The notes under the pieces were generated by a model that had not been told where the DNA came from, did not search any database, and saw only the letters and a program-made list of their open reading frames with translations. A program made the position numbers and the translations under genes. A stretch of 64,000 bases of DNA, taken from NCBI GenBank assembly GCA_903867855.1, contig CAIPTA010000179.1:3108-67107 (forward strand), given 5' to 3'. Below, piece by piece: positions 10,547-21,214 of the stretch. This DNA is from Oligoflexia bacterium. Lineage in GTDB: Bacteria > Bdellovibrionota > UBA1018 > CAIPTA01. The stretch's first letter is position 1. Every line of letters begins with the position of its first letter.

Positions 10547-11647
10547 TTAATCTAGTGATTTTTTGTCTAAAACCTGCTGTAAAATGCCCTGGTGAGCAGC
10601 GCAGCCAATCACGGAGAGGCCCTCCATAGTGGGTTCTACGTAGGGTAGCAGCACTCGCTGCTTCACTTCTTGAATGCGGGCAAAGGCGGCCTCTACTTGC
10701 TCAGCTTTGATTTTCCCATCCTTCAGGAAGCGAAACGCCGTGTCCATTGCCCGATGGCCGTTCTCTTCATTTCGGTAGAGCAAGATATCGCAACCAGCCT
10801 GTATCGCGAGGGCGATCATTTCCTCCTCGCCGAAGTGCTTGGCTACTGCATCCATCTGCATATCATCGGTAATCACAAGGCGCTGAAAGCGTAATTCTTT
10901 ACGAAGTTTATTGGTGATCGTTTCATAGGAAAGTGTGGCTGGGTAAACAGGATCGATAGCGGTATTCAAAATATGCGCTGTCATGATCATATCTACCCGG
11001 CCTTTGATCGCTTTGGCAAAGGGCTTAATCTCCCGATTTAGCATATCTTCCCAGCTCATCTCAAAACGCGGCAACTCAAAGTGAGAATCCACATTCGTAT
11101 CTCCATGCCCCGGAAAATGCTTCACCGTAGAAACGGTTTTCGCCGCGATAAAACCGCGCACCATAGCGCTGGAGATCTTTGAAACAGTTTCCTCATCCGT
11201 GCCAAACGCGCGGCGACCAATCACGGGATTCGAGGCGCGAGTATGGATATCGCACAAGGGATGGAAATCAATGTTCACGCCCACTGCGCGAAGTTCGTTG
11301 GCCATCACTTCCGCTACTTGAAAGGCGAGCTTCGGCGAATTGATCTCTCCCAAAACAACGGGCTCTGGAAAGTGAATGAAGGGCTTACGAAAGCGCTGCA
11401 CTTTTCCTCCCTCATGGTCAGCCGCGATGAAAAGAGGCAAGTTCATATCCTTCGCGCGAGTGTTTTGGATTTCTTGAGAGAGCTCTAAGAGCAATGCCGG
11501 AGTCTCATAGTTCTGGGCAAAGTAGATGATGCCGCCAGGCTGATACTCGTTGAGAAAGGATTTTGTTCCCGGACTGAGTTCAGTGCCCTTAAATCCAAGC
11601 ATGAACATCTGGGCTAACTTTTTTTCAATTTCACTTAATTTTGCCAT
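10547..11647 (-). CDS. nagZ: Beta-N-acetylhexosaminidase (GH3, NagZ-type)
   Basis: GH3 N-terminal domain with KHFPGHGDTNVDSH. Confidence 0.85.
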   Translation of the reverse strand: MAKLSEIEKKLAQMFMLGFKGTELSPGTKSFLNEYQPGGIIYFAQNYETPALLLELSQEIQNTRAKDMNLPLFIAADHEGGKVQRFRKPFIHFPEPVVLGEINSPKLAFQVAEVMANELRAVGVNIDFHPLCDIHTRASNPVIGRRAFGTDEETVSKISSAMVRGFIAAKTVSTVKHFPGHGDTNVDSHFELPRFEMSWEDMLNREIKPFAKAIKGRVDMIMTAHILNTAIDPVYPATLSYETITNKLRKELRFQRLVITDDMQMDAVAKHFGEEEMIALAIQAGCDILLYRNEENGHRAMDTAFRFLKDGKIKAEQVEAAFARIQEVKQRVLLPYVEPTMEGLSVIGCAAHQGILQQVLDKKSLD

Positions 11648-11655
11648 ACTAAATC

Positions 11656-13020
11656 CTACTTTATTCCTAATTCTTTCATCTTAAGCTGTAAACCTTTACG
11701 CGAGATACCGAGATGCTCTGCTGTGCGAGTTACATTGCCATCCATTTCGCCGAGCGCTTTCTCAATTAAATCTTTTTCGAGATTATGAGTTTGGCGACGA
11801 ATAATTTCCCGAAACTTCGAAGAATCGTAAGCGCCGCTCGTATCCATTTCTAGGCGTACATCAGCGGGAATATCTTTCTCGCGGAAACTCTGACCATCGG
11901 TGAGTAGCATCATACGCTCCAGCACATGCTCCAGCTGACGCAAGTTCCCAGGCCAAGAAACCGCAGAAAATATTTGCATTACCGAAGCATCGGGAGAAGC
12001 AAAATTCTTATGCAAACGTTGGTTCAATCGATGCACGAAAAACTCTACGATATCTTTCAAATCATCCCGACGATCCCTCAGCGGCGGCAAGGTGAGCGGC
12101 ACTACATTGATCTTATAGAAAAGATCTTCTCGGAAACGCCCCTCACGAACTTCTTTTTGCAGATCTTTATGAGTAGCCACGATCAAGCGCACATCAAATT
12201 TCTTCATTTCAAAATTCGTAGGGTGCTCAAGCTGTCCGCTCTCTAAAAAAGCAAGGAGCTTGAGCTGGAGCTCGGTATTTAATTCAGAGATCTCATCCAA
12301 GAAGAGCGTGCCCTTATGAGCCATCTCGAGCTTTCCTGGTTTGGCACCACCGAAGAGCTCTGTTTCTAAGAGCATCGAAGAAACAGCAGCACAGTTCACC
12401 TTAATGAGACTATGAAAATTACGATCAGAGCGATTGTGCACTTCCTCTGCCAAAAGCTCTTTTCCTGTGCCCGGCTCACCATAAAGTAAAATTGTGGAAG
12501 GAGAAGCGGCTACCTTTTGGAGCGTTGCCTGAATGGTTTGCATCGCAATACCGTGGCCATTCAGCAAGGGAGCGGCGTTTTGCTCCAAAGAATTTTCCGC
12601 CTCCACACTTTGGATTTCCAAGCTCTTTAAGCGCCTTGTGCTCACAGCCTTTTGCACCACAGAAACAATCTCGCTCTGCTCAAAAGGTTTCGTTACATAA
12701 TCGAAAGCGCCTTTTTTAATGGCATCTACCGCGGAATCCACAGTGCCGAAAGCGGTGATCATGATCACAGGCAGACCCGGATAGAGACGATTCACTTCGC
12801 CTAGGAAGGCCATGCCATCAAGCTCTGGCATATAGAGATCCGTGATCACGGCATCGTAGCGGTTAGCGCGAAGAGCATCGAGCGCCTCTTTCGGGCTCGT
12901 GAAACCATCGGCCACAAATTCCCGTTTTTCTAAAATAGCTTTGAGCACAGTGACGATATTTTTCTCATCGTCGACGATGAGCACGCGCCCAGTTTCGTTG
13001 ATGTCTTTTACAGATAGCAT
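11656..13020 (-). CDS. Sigma-54-dependent response regulator (NtrC family)
   Basis: Receiver domain, AAA+ domain (GEPGTGKELLA, ELFG) and a C-terminal Fis-type HTH (NVTRTAEHLGISRKGL). Confidence 0.9.
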   Translation of the reverse strand: MLSVKDINETGRVLIVDDEKNIVTVLKAILEKREFVADGFTSPKEALDALRANRYDAVITDLYMPELDGMAFLGEVNRLYPGLPVIMITAFGTVDSAVDAIKKGAFDYVTKPFEQSEIVSVVQKAVSTRRLKSLEIQSVEAENSLEQNAAPLLNGHGIAMQTIQATLQKVAASPSTILLYGEPGTGKELLAEEVHNRSDRNFHSLIKVNCAAVSSMLLETELFGGAKPGKLEMAHKGTLFLDEISELNTELQLKLLAFLESGQLEHPTNFEMKKFDVRLIVATHKDLQKEVREGRFREDLFYKINVVPLTLPPLRDRRDDLKDIVEFFVHRLNQRLHKNFASPDASVMQIFSAVSWPGNLRQLEHVLERMMLLTDGQSFREKDIPADVRLEMDTSGAYDSSKFREIIRRQTHNLEKDLIEKALGEMDGNVTRTAEHLGISRKGLQLKMKELGIK

Positions 13021-13022
13021 AG

Positions 13023-15164
13023 CTACTCCTTCAGTTTCGCCGAGAACCGGAGAGTCATCACCGCGCCCTCTCCCGGAATACTTGCGGCCTCCATATGTCC
13101 CCCGTGCGCCTCTGCAATTTTTTGGCAGATCGAAAGCCCTAGCCCGGTGCCCTGGGGCGACGAAGTGAAAAACGGAATAAAAATCTTATCCAGCATCTCG
13201 GGATTCATTCCCGGGCCATTGTCTTCCACACTTAGGGAAATCTGGGCCTCTTCGTCACGAATAGTATGATCCAAACGCACAGAAATGGCAGGGCTTTTTT
13301 TCGTTGCAGCTGCTGCGTCATTTCGAATGGCCTTCGCTGCATTATCGAGGAGATTCGTGAGCACCTGGGCAATCAATTGGGCCTGGCAAAGGATGGGGCT
13401 GAGCGGTGGCCCAAGATCTAGATTCAGATTGATTTCTAGCCCCTCCTGACGACGGCGAAAGCGCTCCACAGTCTCCACCACAATCTGGTTCAAATCCGCA
13501 TACTCATGCTCACTCTGAAAGGGCTTCGCGTAATTTAGGAACTGAGAAACCACCCCATTTAAGCGATTCACTTCCTGCACGATGATACTCAAAAAAGCTT
13601 CGTTCGGATCGCCGGCACGAATCTCCATCACCTGCGCTGCTCCCTTGATCGCTCCCAAAGGATTCCGAATCTCATGCGCCAAGCCTGCCGCCATTTCCCC
13701 CACCGTGGCCAGACGATCTCGATCTCTCAAGCGTGCGTAGATATCGAGCTCGTGGAGCGCCTCTCCCGCCCGCTCAAAGAAAGGAGCGAGGAGCGACAAA
13801 ATGGCCCAACTATCTTCCCACAGTTCCGGTGGCTCCGTGGCTGCAATCGTGACAAAACCTAAAACGGACTTTTTATAGGTTAGTGGCAGGGCCATCGTTG
13901 AATTTAGGCTGCGTAAAGAATCTAAGGATAACTGCAAGGCGCCAGCCCTTGTTGAAAAGGCAATCCGCTCGCTCTCCGCCTCAATTTCCTTATCCAGGGC
14001 GGGTTTCCAGGCACGCGCGCCTGTCCAATAATTCATCAAGGGAAAACTACTCGGCAGCGCTTCGGGCAAACTCTGATCTTTGGTGGCATCAAAAAGCTTG
14101 CGCAGCTTTTTTCCTTCCGCATCGATCGCGTAGAAAGAAATCATCTCATCATTCTGGAGTGCGCGCTGGAGAAATTTCCTAGTGGCTGCGGCAATCGCAT
14201 TGCCATGAAATACGCCTGCCAATTCCTTATTTGATTCTAGAATCAATCCCTCTACTCGGCCTGCTTCTGTAAAAAACAGATGCTGAAAAAAATAGTTTGC
14301 TAGGCGCCGCACCGGATCCAAACTAAGCACCGCAATATAGGCGGCTAACATCATATTGATTAAATAGAGAATCGGATTTCCCTGCACCCACCGGGTGATA
14401 GATACGAAAATAATAAAAACGATGATTGCGCCAACCGAGTTCGTGAGTATGCGCCCCAGTGTGCGGCGCGGATTCACCATGGCGAGCGATAGCACCGCAT
14501 CCTTCAAAAAATAAAAATAGAGCGCGAGCAACAAATTGCCAATCGCGGGCACTGTGCGCCCGAGCCATGGCACCCTATCCATCACGCAAAGAAGGGTGGT
14601 GACCACGCCGCCCGAATAGATCCAGAGGTTTCTTCGTTTCAGCGCCTGAAAAACTTCCTTCGACATCAATAAACTTAAATCACCCCAGCGTCCGCGCGGG
14701 CGGGCAGCCAGCCGCTCACTCAGCAGCAAATAGGAGCAAGCCACCACGATGAGAACGGGAGAATAGTAACTCATGTCGCGGATCCACGGCAGCCGATCCA
14801 AACCGAAAGTTACCGGAGCAGAAAGTAAAATGGAGACCAAGATAGATAGGCGCACTAGCCATCGATAAAAATAGCCTTCCGGACGCAGCAATGCCTGCAA
14901 ACACAGCAGAGATAAAGGCCCCAAACAAAGCGTGGAAAGAATATGCACGCTCTCGAAGAAGCGCCAATTGAGCACGTTAGCGAGGAAGAAAGCCAAAGAC
15001 CAAACGCTAACGGCCAAGGTGAGCGCTGAGTACCAAAGATTGAGCGTATTGCTTACACCCCGTGAAAGTACGTACACGGAAAGGCTAAAACAAATCGCCG
15101 ACAATAGAAGAGCAGACTCAAATAGTAGATCAATTCGTGCTGCGTACAAGTTCCCGTAAGTCAC
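13023..15164 (-). CDS. Sensor histidine kinase with multi-TM N-terminal domain
   Basis: About 8 N-terminal TM helices. H-box HEIRNPLGAI and HATPase motifs DNGPGM and GTGLGLSIC. Sits 2 nt upstream of the regulator gene. Confidence 0.85.
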   Translation of the reverse strand: MTYGNLYAARIDLLFESALLLSAICFSLSVYVLSRGVSNTLNLWYSALTLAVSVWSLAFFLANVLNWRFFESVHILSTLCLGPLSLLCLQALLRPEGYFYRWLVRLSILVSILLSAPVTFGLDRLPWIRDMSYYSPVLIVVACSYLLLSERLAARPRGRWGDLSLLMSKEVFQALKRRNLWIYSGGVVTTLLCVMDRVPWLGRTVPAIGNLLLALYFYFLKDAVLSLAMVNPRRTLGRILTNSVGAIIVFIIFVSITRWVQGNPILYLINMMLAAYIAVLSLDPVRRLANYFFQHLFFTEAGRVEGLILESNKELAGVFHGNAIAAATRKFLQRALQNDEMISFYAIDAEGKKLRKLFDATKDQSLPEALPSSFPLMNYWTGARAWKPALDKEIEAESERIAFSTRAGALQLSLDSLRSLNSTMALPLTYKKSVLGFVTIAATEPPELWEDSWAILSLLAPFFERAGEALHELDIYARLRDRDRLATVGEMAAGLAHEIRNPLGAIKGAAQVMEIRAGDPNEAFLSIIVQEVNRLNGVVSQFLNYAKPFQSEHEYADLNQIVVETVERFRRRQEGLEINLNLDLGPPLSPILCQAQLIAQVLTNLLDNAAKAIRNDAAAATKKSPAISVRLDHTIRDEEAQISLSVEDNGPGMNPEMLDKIFIPFFTSSPQGTGLGLSICQKIAEAHGGHMEAASIPGEGAVMTLRFSAKLKE

Positions 15165-15215
15165 TTAAGCTTCCGCCTCTTTTTCCCGAAGAGACTCTTG
15201 GAGAGTCTCGCGTTA

Positions 15216-15713
15216 ATGCAAAGAAAAGATACACATTCCATCTGGATCGATCTAACGATTTTTTCGTGCGTCTTTGCGTTTTCGCTTTTTTCCGGGAAAA
15301 GACTCTTCAGCCACCCCGATTTGAAGCATAAAACGCCAAATTCCAGACGAGGCCCCGCTGAAGATTTAGAGAATAATGACAGCCGAACTCCCGCCTCTCT
15401 GCAAAGCTATGCATCCAATGAATCTGTACTGCAAGTTGGCTGCGTGCAGGATGGCAAAAATAAATCGGTGAAAACTAATCTCTCCCTAGTGCGTCTCTCC
15501 GGTGAGCTCTGCTTCAAGGGCAAAAAAGTGAAGGATGGCAGCGCCATTAACGCGGCCAACGGAGCAGAAATAAATGCTTTCATTGATCCCAATGCGAAAA
15601 AACTCGCCACCAATTATTTCCCATTGCAGGCAGGCAAGAATACAATTCAGTTGGAATTCGTTCTTTCGAACGGCAAAAAACAAAAAACAGAAATCGAAAT
15701 TGAGAAGATTTAG
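15216..15713 (+). CDS. Hypothetical exported protein
   Basis: ORF with a hydrophobic N-terminus when started at ATG 15216. No family recognised. Confidence 0.4.
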   Translation: MQRKDTHSIWIDLTIFSCVFAFSLFSGKRLFSHPDLKHKTPNSRRGPAEDLENNDSRTPASLQSYASNESVLQVGCVQDGKNKSVKTNLSLVRLSGELCFKGKKVKDGSAINAANGAEINAFIDPNAKKLATNYFPLQAGKNTIQLEFVLSNGKKQKTEIEIEKI

Positions 15714-16762
15714 AAGCTGAGCGAATAGTTCATGCGCAGAATCTGCTGGCCTTTAGTGCCGTCTGCATTGCGCTGCTCGCCGGTATATTGATCGGAACTA
15801 GCCACACAAGAAATGTGATCGGAAAGTTTTTTCGTTACATTGAAAGAAGCCACTTGTTTCTCAAAGCCGTATTGGAGGCCTGAAGAAAGATCGATCGACT
15901 TAAATTCTTTCATCATATCGAGACGCACAGGATCGTCTGCCGCAGTTAGGGTTTGCGTGGTGGAATTATGAATCGCTGAATTCACATCCACGTTGAGCGA
16001 GGTAATAACTACTGGATTAGAAAAATTCACTTGGCCCTGGCCCTTGAGCACATTGAGCTTCGCTTTTACTTTGGTAGGAATCTCCGAGGCCACCGCCTGG
16101 CTTGTGGCTACTGGTGCAGCGTTCGCGTCAGTGCCTTTAGCTGCATCGCTAGCAGCAGCCGTCTTCTTAGGAGCGCCCACATCATCTTCCCCATTTAGAG
16201 ATTTCACTGCGTGCATGATTTGCATTGCGCCGGAATTAGGATCTGCCTTGCTAAACAAGTTATTGATTCTGTCATTCAAAGCCTGGCGAGCTGTCCATCG
16301 AGCCATGTCACGACGTTGGTCTTCGTAGGCTTGTTCTTCCCAAGGAGCAACATGATGAAAAGGATCTGTGGCAATTTTTTCTTGAGGAGCCACATTCGCT
16401 TGATAGTGCTCTTGCATCTGGCGAGTAAATTCAGGGGTATAAATTTTTTCGAGTGTGCTTTTCTCGCCTACAAGTTTCGAGTCGAAAGATGTTTTGGAAT
16501 AAACAACAGTATTATCAGCAGGAGAGAATTTCTCCATCGCTTTACTTTGCTGCTTCACGATCACCGTGGGAGCCACAACCACTGCTGCCTTAGGAGAAAA
16601 AGAGAAACTATGATTATGCACGAAGCGGGAAACAAGGCTTAAATCGTGCTGAATAGTGGCCAAAAAAGGAGTTTTGGAGACGGATTCTGGAGCAATAGAA
16701 CTCTCTGCGATCAGGAGACCGGCTAAGGAAAAGAGAGTAAAATTTATCCAAAAAGTACGCAT
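15710..16762 (-). CDS. Hypothetical secreted / outer-membrane-associated protein
   Basis: Signal peptide from ATG 16762 (MRTFWINFTLFSLAGLLIA). The C-terminal ...YSLSF ends in an aromatic residue, as in OM proteins. Confidence 0.45.
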   Translation of the reverse strand: MRTFWINFTLFSLAGLLIAESSIAPESVSKTPFLATIQHDLSLVSRFVHNHSFSFSPKAAVVVAPTVIVKQQSKAMEKFSPADNTVVYSKTSFDSKLVGEKSTLEKIYTPEFTRQMQEHYQANVAPQEKIATDPFHHVAPWEEQAYEDQRRDMARWTARQALNDRINNLFSKADPNSGAMQIMHAVKSLNGEDDVGAPKKTAAASDAAKGTDANAAPVATSQAVASEIPTKVKAKLNVLKGQGQVNFSNPVVITSLNVDVNSAIHNSTTQTLTAADDPVRLDMMKEFKSIDLSSGLQYGFEKQVASFNVTKKLSDHISCVASSDQYTGEQRNADGTKGQQILRMNYSLSF

Positions 16763-16902
16763 CGTAGTGATAATCTGCAAATTATAGACCAGAACAGGGC
16801 AAAATCAAAAACAGGCTTTTATTTGGCATAGATAGCCCTGTTTCGGGCCTGAAACAGTCCATTACCTGACAGCTTTACTATGTAAAATTTTCTGACACCT
16901 AG

Positions 16903-17592
16903 CTAGCTTGTGGCCAAATTGGCCGCCCAAAAGGCAAAATACATCAAAAAGCCGCTGATGATGGGAATGGCCAAATTATCGTCTACATTGAGCGGCAGGA
17001 GCTCTGAAAGCGCGCCAGCAAAGCCTCCTAGGAGACTCAGCACCAGGATTTTCTCCATCCCAACGCGATAAAGATAGAGGTAAACGAAGGTAGCAATCGC
17101 ACACACAAAAAAGCCCCCTAAAGTGCCCTGAAGACTCTTATTGGGGAAGATTTTATTGCGGCCAAATAGCACGCCAAAAAAACTAGAGCTCGGATCGCCG
17201 AGCGCGAGATAGAGCACTGAAAGCACCGTGATGTGACGAGGAAAAATCAAAAACGCAAACAAACACGATGCCAGGTAGAAAGGATTCCCGCTCAATTCAT
17301 TAATTTCCGTATCGCGCATGATTGGGCCCATTGCCCGCACAACCACGCTATTCACCCATTCCGAGCGACTGCGCATATACTCCAAGGACATCGACATGGC
17401 CAGCACTGCCCCTAGAATGGCAGCTATCGTTTCTCGCTGCGCATGAAACACTAAATAAGGTACCAAAAGGATAATGGCGCCACTCATATGAAATAGCTTC
17501 CGAGAAAGATGCAGGTCGCTTCGATGATGCAATCCTGGTATCTCTTTAGGGAGACGTAATGAGGTAATTTCTTGCAGATTTTTCCAACTCAT
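16903..17592 (-). CDS. Integral membrane CTP-transferase-1 family protein (dolichol/phytol kinase or CdsA-like)
   Basis: 229 aa and polytopic. LGDPSSSFFGVLFGRNKI...NKSLQGTLGGF resembles the conserved C-terminal motif of this family. Confidence 0.5.
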   Translation of the reverse strand: MSWKNLQEITSLRLPKEIPGLHHRSDLHLSRKLFHMSGAIILLVPYLVFHAQRETIAAILGAVLAMSMSLEYMRSRSEWVNSVVVRAMGPIMRDTEINELSGNPFYLASCLFAFLIFPRHITVLSVLYLALGDPSSSFFGVLFGRNKIFPNKSLQGTLGGFFVCAIATFVYLYLYRVGMEKILVLSLLGGFAGALSELLPLNVDDNLAIPIISGFLMYFAFWAANLATS

Positions 17593-17696
17593 AGCGTTCT
17601 TAGTGGTACGGTTTTTTTCGGAGTGAAATCAAGGTTTTTATTTGACTTTAAGCGTTAGCGTTTAGATAATTTCATATGGGGGTCTAGTTTTTCAGG

Positions 17697-18707
17697 ATGG
17701 AAAATACGACAGAAAATCTAAATAAGCTCGAAGCGGATGAAAGCCTGCTTGGAAAAACTCAAGGCTCGGCCAGTCAAGGATTGAAGCAAATCTGGGCTGT
17801 GGGTGGTGGTAAAGGCGGAGTGGGTAAAACTCTTGTTACCGCCAATTTCGCCATCACTCTCGCAAAGGCCGGCGCACGTGTTGTGCTCGTGGATCTCGAC
17901 TTGGGCGGAGCCAATCTACACACCTGCCTGGGTGTAGAGGCCAGCGATAAAACACTTACGGATGTTTTTTCCCCCAATATTAAAAGCCTGCAAGAACTTG
18001 CGCTCCCTACTATAGTGCCGAATCTATCGCTCATCAGCGGAGCGCAAGACGCGATGAACGTGGCCAACCTACCTCACGCTCAAAAACAAAAATTATTGAA
18101 TAAGCTGCGCCAACTTCCTGCGGATTATATTCTTTTGGATCTCGGCGCAGGCACGAGCTTCAATACGCTCGATTTCTTTTTGGCCGCTGACGTGGGGATT
18201 CTCACCGTTTTGCCAGAGCCCACTAGTATCGAGAATGCCTATCGCTTTATCAAAAGCGCTTTTTATCGCAAGTTGAAAAATATTGAGTATCTCTACGATG
18301 CTCGTTCGCTCATCGACTCTACGATGAATCGCAAGAATGAATTGAAGATTAAGAGTCCAGCGGATTTGATTCGCAACCTGGAAACTCTCTACCCCGAAGT
18401 GGGCATGAAAATTCGCAACTCACTAAATGATTTTGAAATGAAGCTAGTAGTGAACCAAACCCGCACGGAAATCGATTCCGAAGTGGGTTTCGGTGTGCGC
18501 AATGTTTGCAAAAAATACTTCGGCTTCAATATCGATTATCTTGGTTGCCTTGAATACGATAGCGCTGTTTGGCAATCGGTGCGCAGAAAGCGCCCACTAA
18601 TTTTAGAGTTCCCTGCTAGCCCACTAGTGCCCACGATCCAAAAAATGGTTGGTCATATAGTGTCGGAGCAGGCAGAGAAAATTAAACGAAGCCAGCTGGG
18701 ATTATGA
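17697..18707 (+). CDS. MinD/ParA-family P-loop ATPase
   Basis: Deviant Walker A GGGKGGVGKT plus the LDLGAG switch region. Confidence 0.8.
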   Translation: MENTTENLNKLEADESLLGKTQGSASQGLKQIWAVGGGKGGVGKTLVTANFAITLAKAGARVVLVDLDLGGANLHTCLGVEASDKTLTDVFSPNIKSLQELALPTIVPNLSLISGAQDAMNVANLPHAQKQKLLNKLRQLPADYILLDLGAGTSFNTLDFFLAADVGILTVLPEPTSIENAYRFIKSAFYRKLKNIEYLYDARSLIDSTMNRKNELKIKSPADLIRNLETLYPEVGMKIRNSLNDFEMKLVVNQTRTEIDSEVGFGVRNVCKKYFGFNIDYLGCLEYDSAVWQSVRRKRPLILEFPASPLVPTIQKMVGHIVSEQAEKIKRSQLGL

Positions 18708-19477
18708 GTCAAGAGAAGAAGCAGAACTACTACGAGATACTCGACATTAGTTTAAGCGCCAACGCAGAAATAATTCGCACCTCTTATATCAGAGCAAAGA
18801 ATGCCTATAATCGTGATTCTCTGGCGGCCTACTCTCTTTTCGACCCTGAAGAATCAAAGCAAATTTTAGAAGAGATTGAAGAGGCCTATACGGTTCTCTC
18901 TGATTCTGAAAAGCGTCGAAAATACGATGAATCCCATGGTCTGCTTTCCTCTGATTCCAGCTATGAAGACTATACCGCACGTGATGCTTTGCGCGCCCAT
19001 GTTGCGGCGGTGATGCAAGCCCCAACGAATCAAATCACAGAGCACGATGAAATGGCGGAGGCGCCTGTTTCCTATCCAGCTCCCGCCCCTAGCAGACCAG
19101 ATCCTTCGGCGATTGATCGTCTGCAAGCTGCACAGAGCTCACTTAATGCTTCCGTGCCCTTGAAGGGCAACTACTCACTCACAAAATCCCATGTGGTCGA
19201 TGAGGCTATGGAAGAAAAAATTCGCAATACGGAGCCCGTAACCGGTGTTTTCCTAAAATCGATTCGTGAGTATCGCCAGGTGCGTCCGGAAGAAATTATG
19301 GATTCGCTGAAAATCAGCAAAAACTATTTAGCAGCGCTGGAGTCGGATGATTTTTCCAAACTCCCCGCCACTGTTTTCGTGCGTGGCTTCGTGATCCAAT
19401 ACACGAAGGCGCTCAAGCTCGACCACGAAAAGCTCACTGCCAGCTATATGCAGTTTTTAAAATCAAAGCGTCCTTAA
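18704..19477 (+). CDS. J-like domain protein with C-terminal RodZ-type HTH
   Basis: The N-terminus has a J-domain pattern (NYYEILDISLSA...EAYTVLSD..KRRKYD), but the HPD tripeptide is replaced by NRD. The C-terminus is RodZ/HTH_25-like (LKISKNYLAALESDDFSKLPATVFVRGF). ATGA overlap with the ParA-like gene. Confidence 0.6.
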   Translation: MSQEKKQNYYEILDISLSANAEIIRTSYIRAKNAYNRDSLAAYSLFDPEESKQILEEIEEAYTVLSDSEKRRKYDESHGLLSSDSSYEDYTARDALRAHVAAVMQAPTNQITEHDEMAEAPVSYPAPAPSRPDPSAIDRLQAAQSSLNASVPLKGNYSLTKSHVVDEAMEEKIRNTEPVTGVFLKSIREYRQVRPEEIMDSLKISKNYLAALESDDFSKLPATVFVRGFVIQYTKALKLDHEKLTASYMQFLKSKRP

Positions 19478-19483
19478 ATTCCT

Positions 19484-20497
19484 ATGGGTGAGCTTCCCTT
19501 TGCAGAGTGGGTTAGCAGCCTCAGTGATTCCGATGGAGAGAGAATTGATGTCTTTCTTTCCAAAAAATACAGTGAACTTTCGCGAGCGCGAGCGCAGAAA
19601 TTAATCATAGCAGAACAAGTGCTAGTGAATGGTGCTCCCTGCAAAGCGAACTATAAAGTTTGTGCAGGCGATAAGGTGAGCATCTTTCTCCCTGCCCCCA
19701 CACCTCTCGATCTTCGCGGTGAAGATATCCCCTTAACTATCTACTATGAAGATGAACATCTTGTGGTGTTAGAAAAACCAGCAGGGCTTGTGGTGCATCC
19801 TGGTGCCGGCAATTGGGAAGGCACGCTCGTGCATGCCCTCGTGCACCGTTTCGGCGAGAGCTTGGGTAGCGGCACGGGCATAGGTGGCGAACTGCGCCCA
19901 GGAATCGTGCATCGTATCGATAAAAATACGAGCGGCGTTCTGGTAGTTACTCGCAGTGATTTAGCCCACCAAAGCCTCTCTGCCCAGTTTAAAGAGCATA
20001 GCATTGAGCGATCCTATACGGCGCTTGCCTGGGGCACTATGCCCGAAACAGGCGAATGGAATGAAAGCATTGGGAGAGATCCAAAGCAGCGCCAGCGCAT
20101 GGCGGTAACAGAAAGTGGAAAAGCAGCGCGCACCGTATTCCACCGCTTAGAGCTCTTCGCCAAATACGCCACGCTTTTTCGGGCGGAATTATTTACCGGC
20201 CGCACCCATCAGATACGCGCTCATGCGGCCCACCACGGTTTCCCCTTAGTGGGCGATCAGCAATATATCCACGCCCATCGGAGCGGACGCCAAAAGCGCG
20301 AAAAGGCCCTAGCCCAACTCAAAAAAGAAAATATTGCACTAGCTACTCAATTAGAAGTCGCCTTCGAAAAGAATCGTCAGTTTCTTCATGCGAGCCACCT
20401 TGGATTTTTGCACCCTACAAAAAATACATTTATGCGTTTCACAAGCCCCTTGCCTGAGGACTTTGAATCGGTGCTTCAGGAGTTCCGCCGGTGCTAG
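19484..20497 (+). CDS. rluD: 23S rRNA pseudouridine synthase, RluD family
   Basis: S4 domain plus HRIDKNTSGVLVV catalytic motif. Confidence 0.85.
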   Translation: MGELPFAEWVSSLSDSDGERIDVFLSKKYSELSRARAQKLIIAEQVLVNGAPCKANYKVCAGDKVSIFLPAPTPLDLRGEDIPLTIYYEDEHLVVLEKPAGLVVHPGAGNWEGTLVHALVHRFGESLGSGTGIGGELRPGIVHRIDKNTSGVLVVTRSDLAHQSLSAQFKEHSIERSYTALAWGTMPETGEWNESIGRDPKQRQRMAVTESGKAARTVFHRLELFAKYATLFRAELFTGRTHQIRAHAAHHGFPLVGDQQYIHAHRSGRQKREKALAQLKKENIALATQLEVAFEKNRQFLHASHLGFLHPTKNTFMRFTSPLPEDFESVLQEFRRC

Positions 20498-21195
20498 AGC
20501 TACCCTTCACACGCAGCAAACTTCTTACCACCGTGAGTGGATTGGATCATGGCTTTTCCAACCTAGACTGTGAGTCACCACAGCTGCAGGAGTGGAAAAA
20601 TCAATGTGCCACAGCCAAGCAAGTGCATCAGGACACCGTGATTTGGATCGAATCTTTTGAAAAAGCCGAGCGGGAAGCCGATGGCGTTGGCACCGATCAG
20701 AGAAATTTACCAGTGGCCGTTTATACCGCAGATTGCGCACCAATTCTATTTGCCGCCGTGAACGCGGCACGAGCTCCTGTTGCCGTGATGGCTGTGCACG
20801 CTGGGTGGCGTGGCACCGCAGCACAAATCACGAAGAAGGCCCTGCAACTTTTTTCAGCGAAAGCGCAAATTTTGGGCGGCAAAAAAATCTTGGTGTCCAT
20901 GGGGCCAACGATCAGCAAAGCCGCCTTTGAAGTAGGGCAAGAGGTTGTGGACGCCTTCCCTGGCGCCGAGCAAAACGGCATGGCGAATTTTTTTCGCCTA
21001 GAAGGCTCGCAGCGAAAATATCAATTTGATTTACCTGGTGAAAATAAACGTCAATTGGAAGCGGCGGCCTCCGCGCTGCCAGTAGAAATCGACCAGCTTC
21101 CGGATTGCACCTTCTCCGAAGCGGCGCGCTATCCCTCCTATCGCCGCGAGAAGGGCCGCAATACGCGCATTCTCTCCTTTATCGTCTTCCGATAG
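20491..21195 (+). CDS. pgeF: Peptidoglycan editing factor PgeF / YfiH (DUF152) family
   Basis: YTADCAPI and HAGWRG motifs. Shows the conserved rluD-yfiH adjacency. Confidence 0.8.
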   Translation: MLELPFTRSKLLTTVSGLDHGFSNLDCESPQLQEWKNQCATAKQVHQDTVIWIESFEKAEREADGVGTDQRNLPVAVYTADCAPILFAAVNAARAPVAVMAVHAGWRGTAAQITKKALQLFSAKAQILGGKKILVSMGPTISKAAFEVGQEVVDAFPGAEQNGMANFFRLEGSQRKYQFDLPGENKRQLEAAASALPVEIDQLPDCTFSEAARYPSYRREKGRNTRILSFIVFR

Positions 21196-21214
21196 CCATG
21201 CTAGGATTTGGCCT

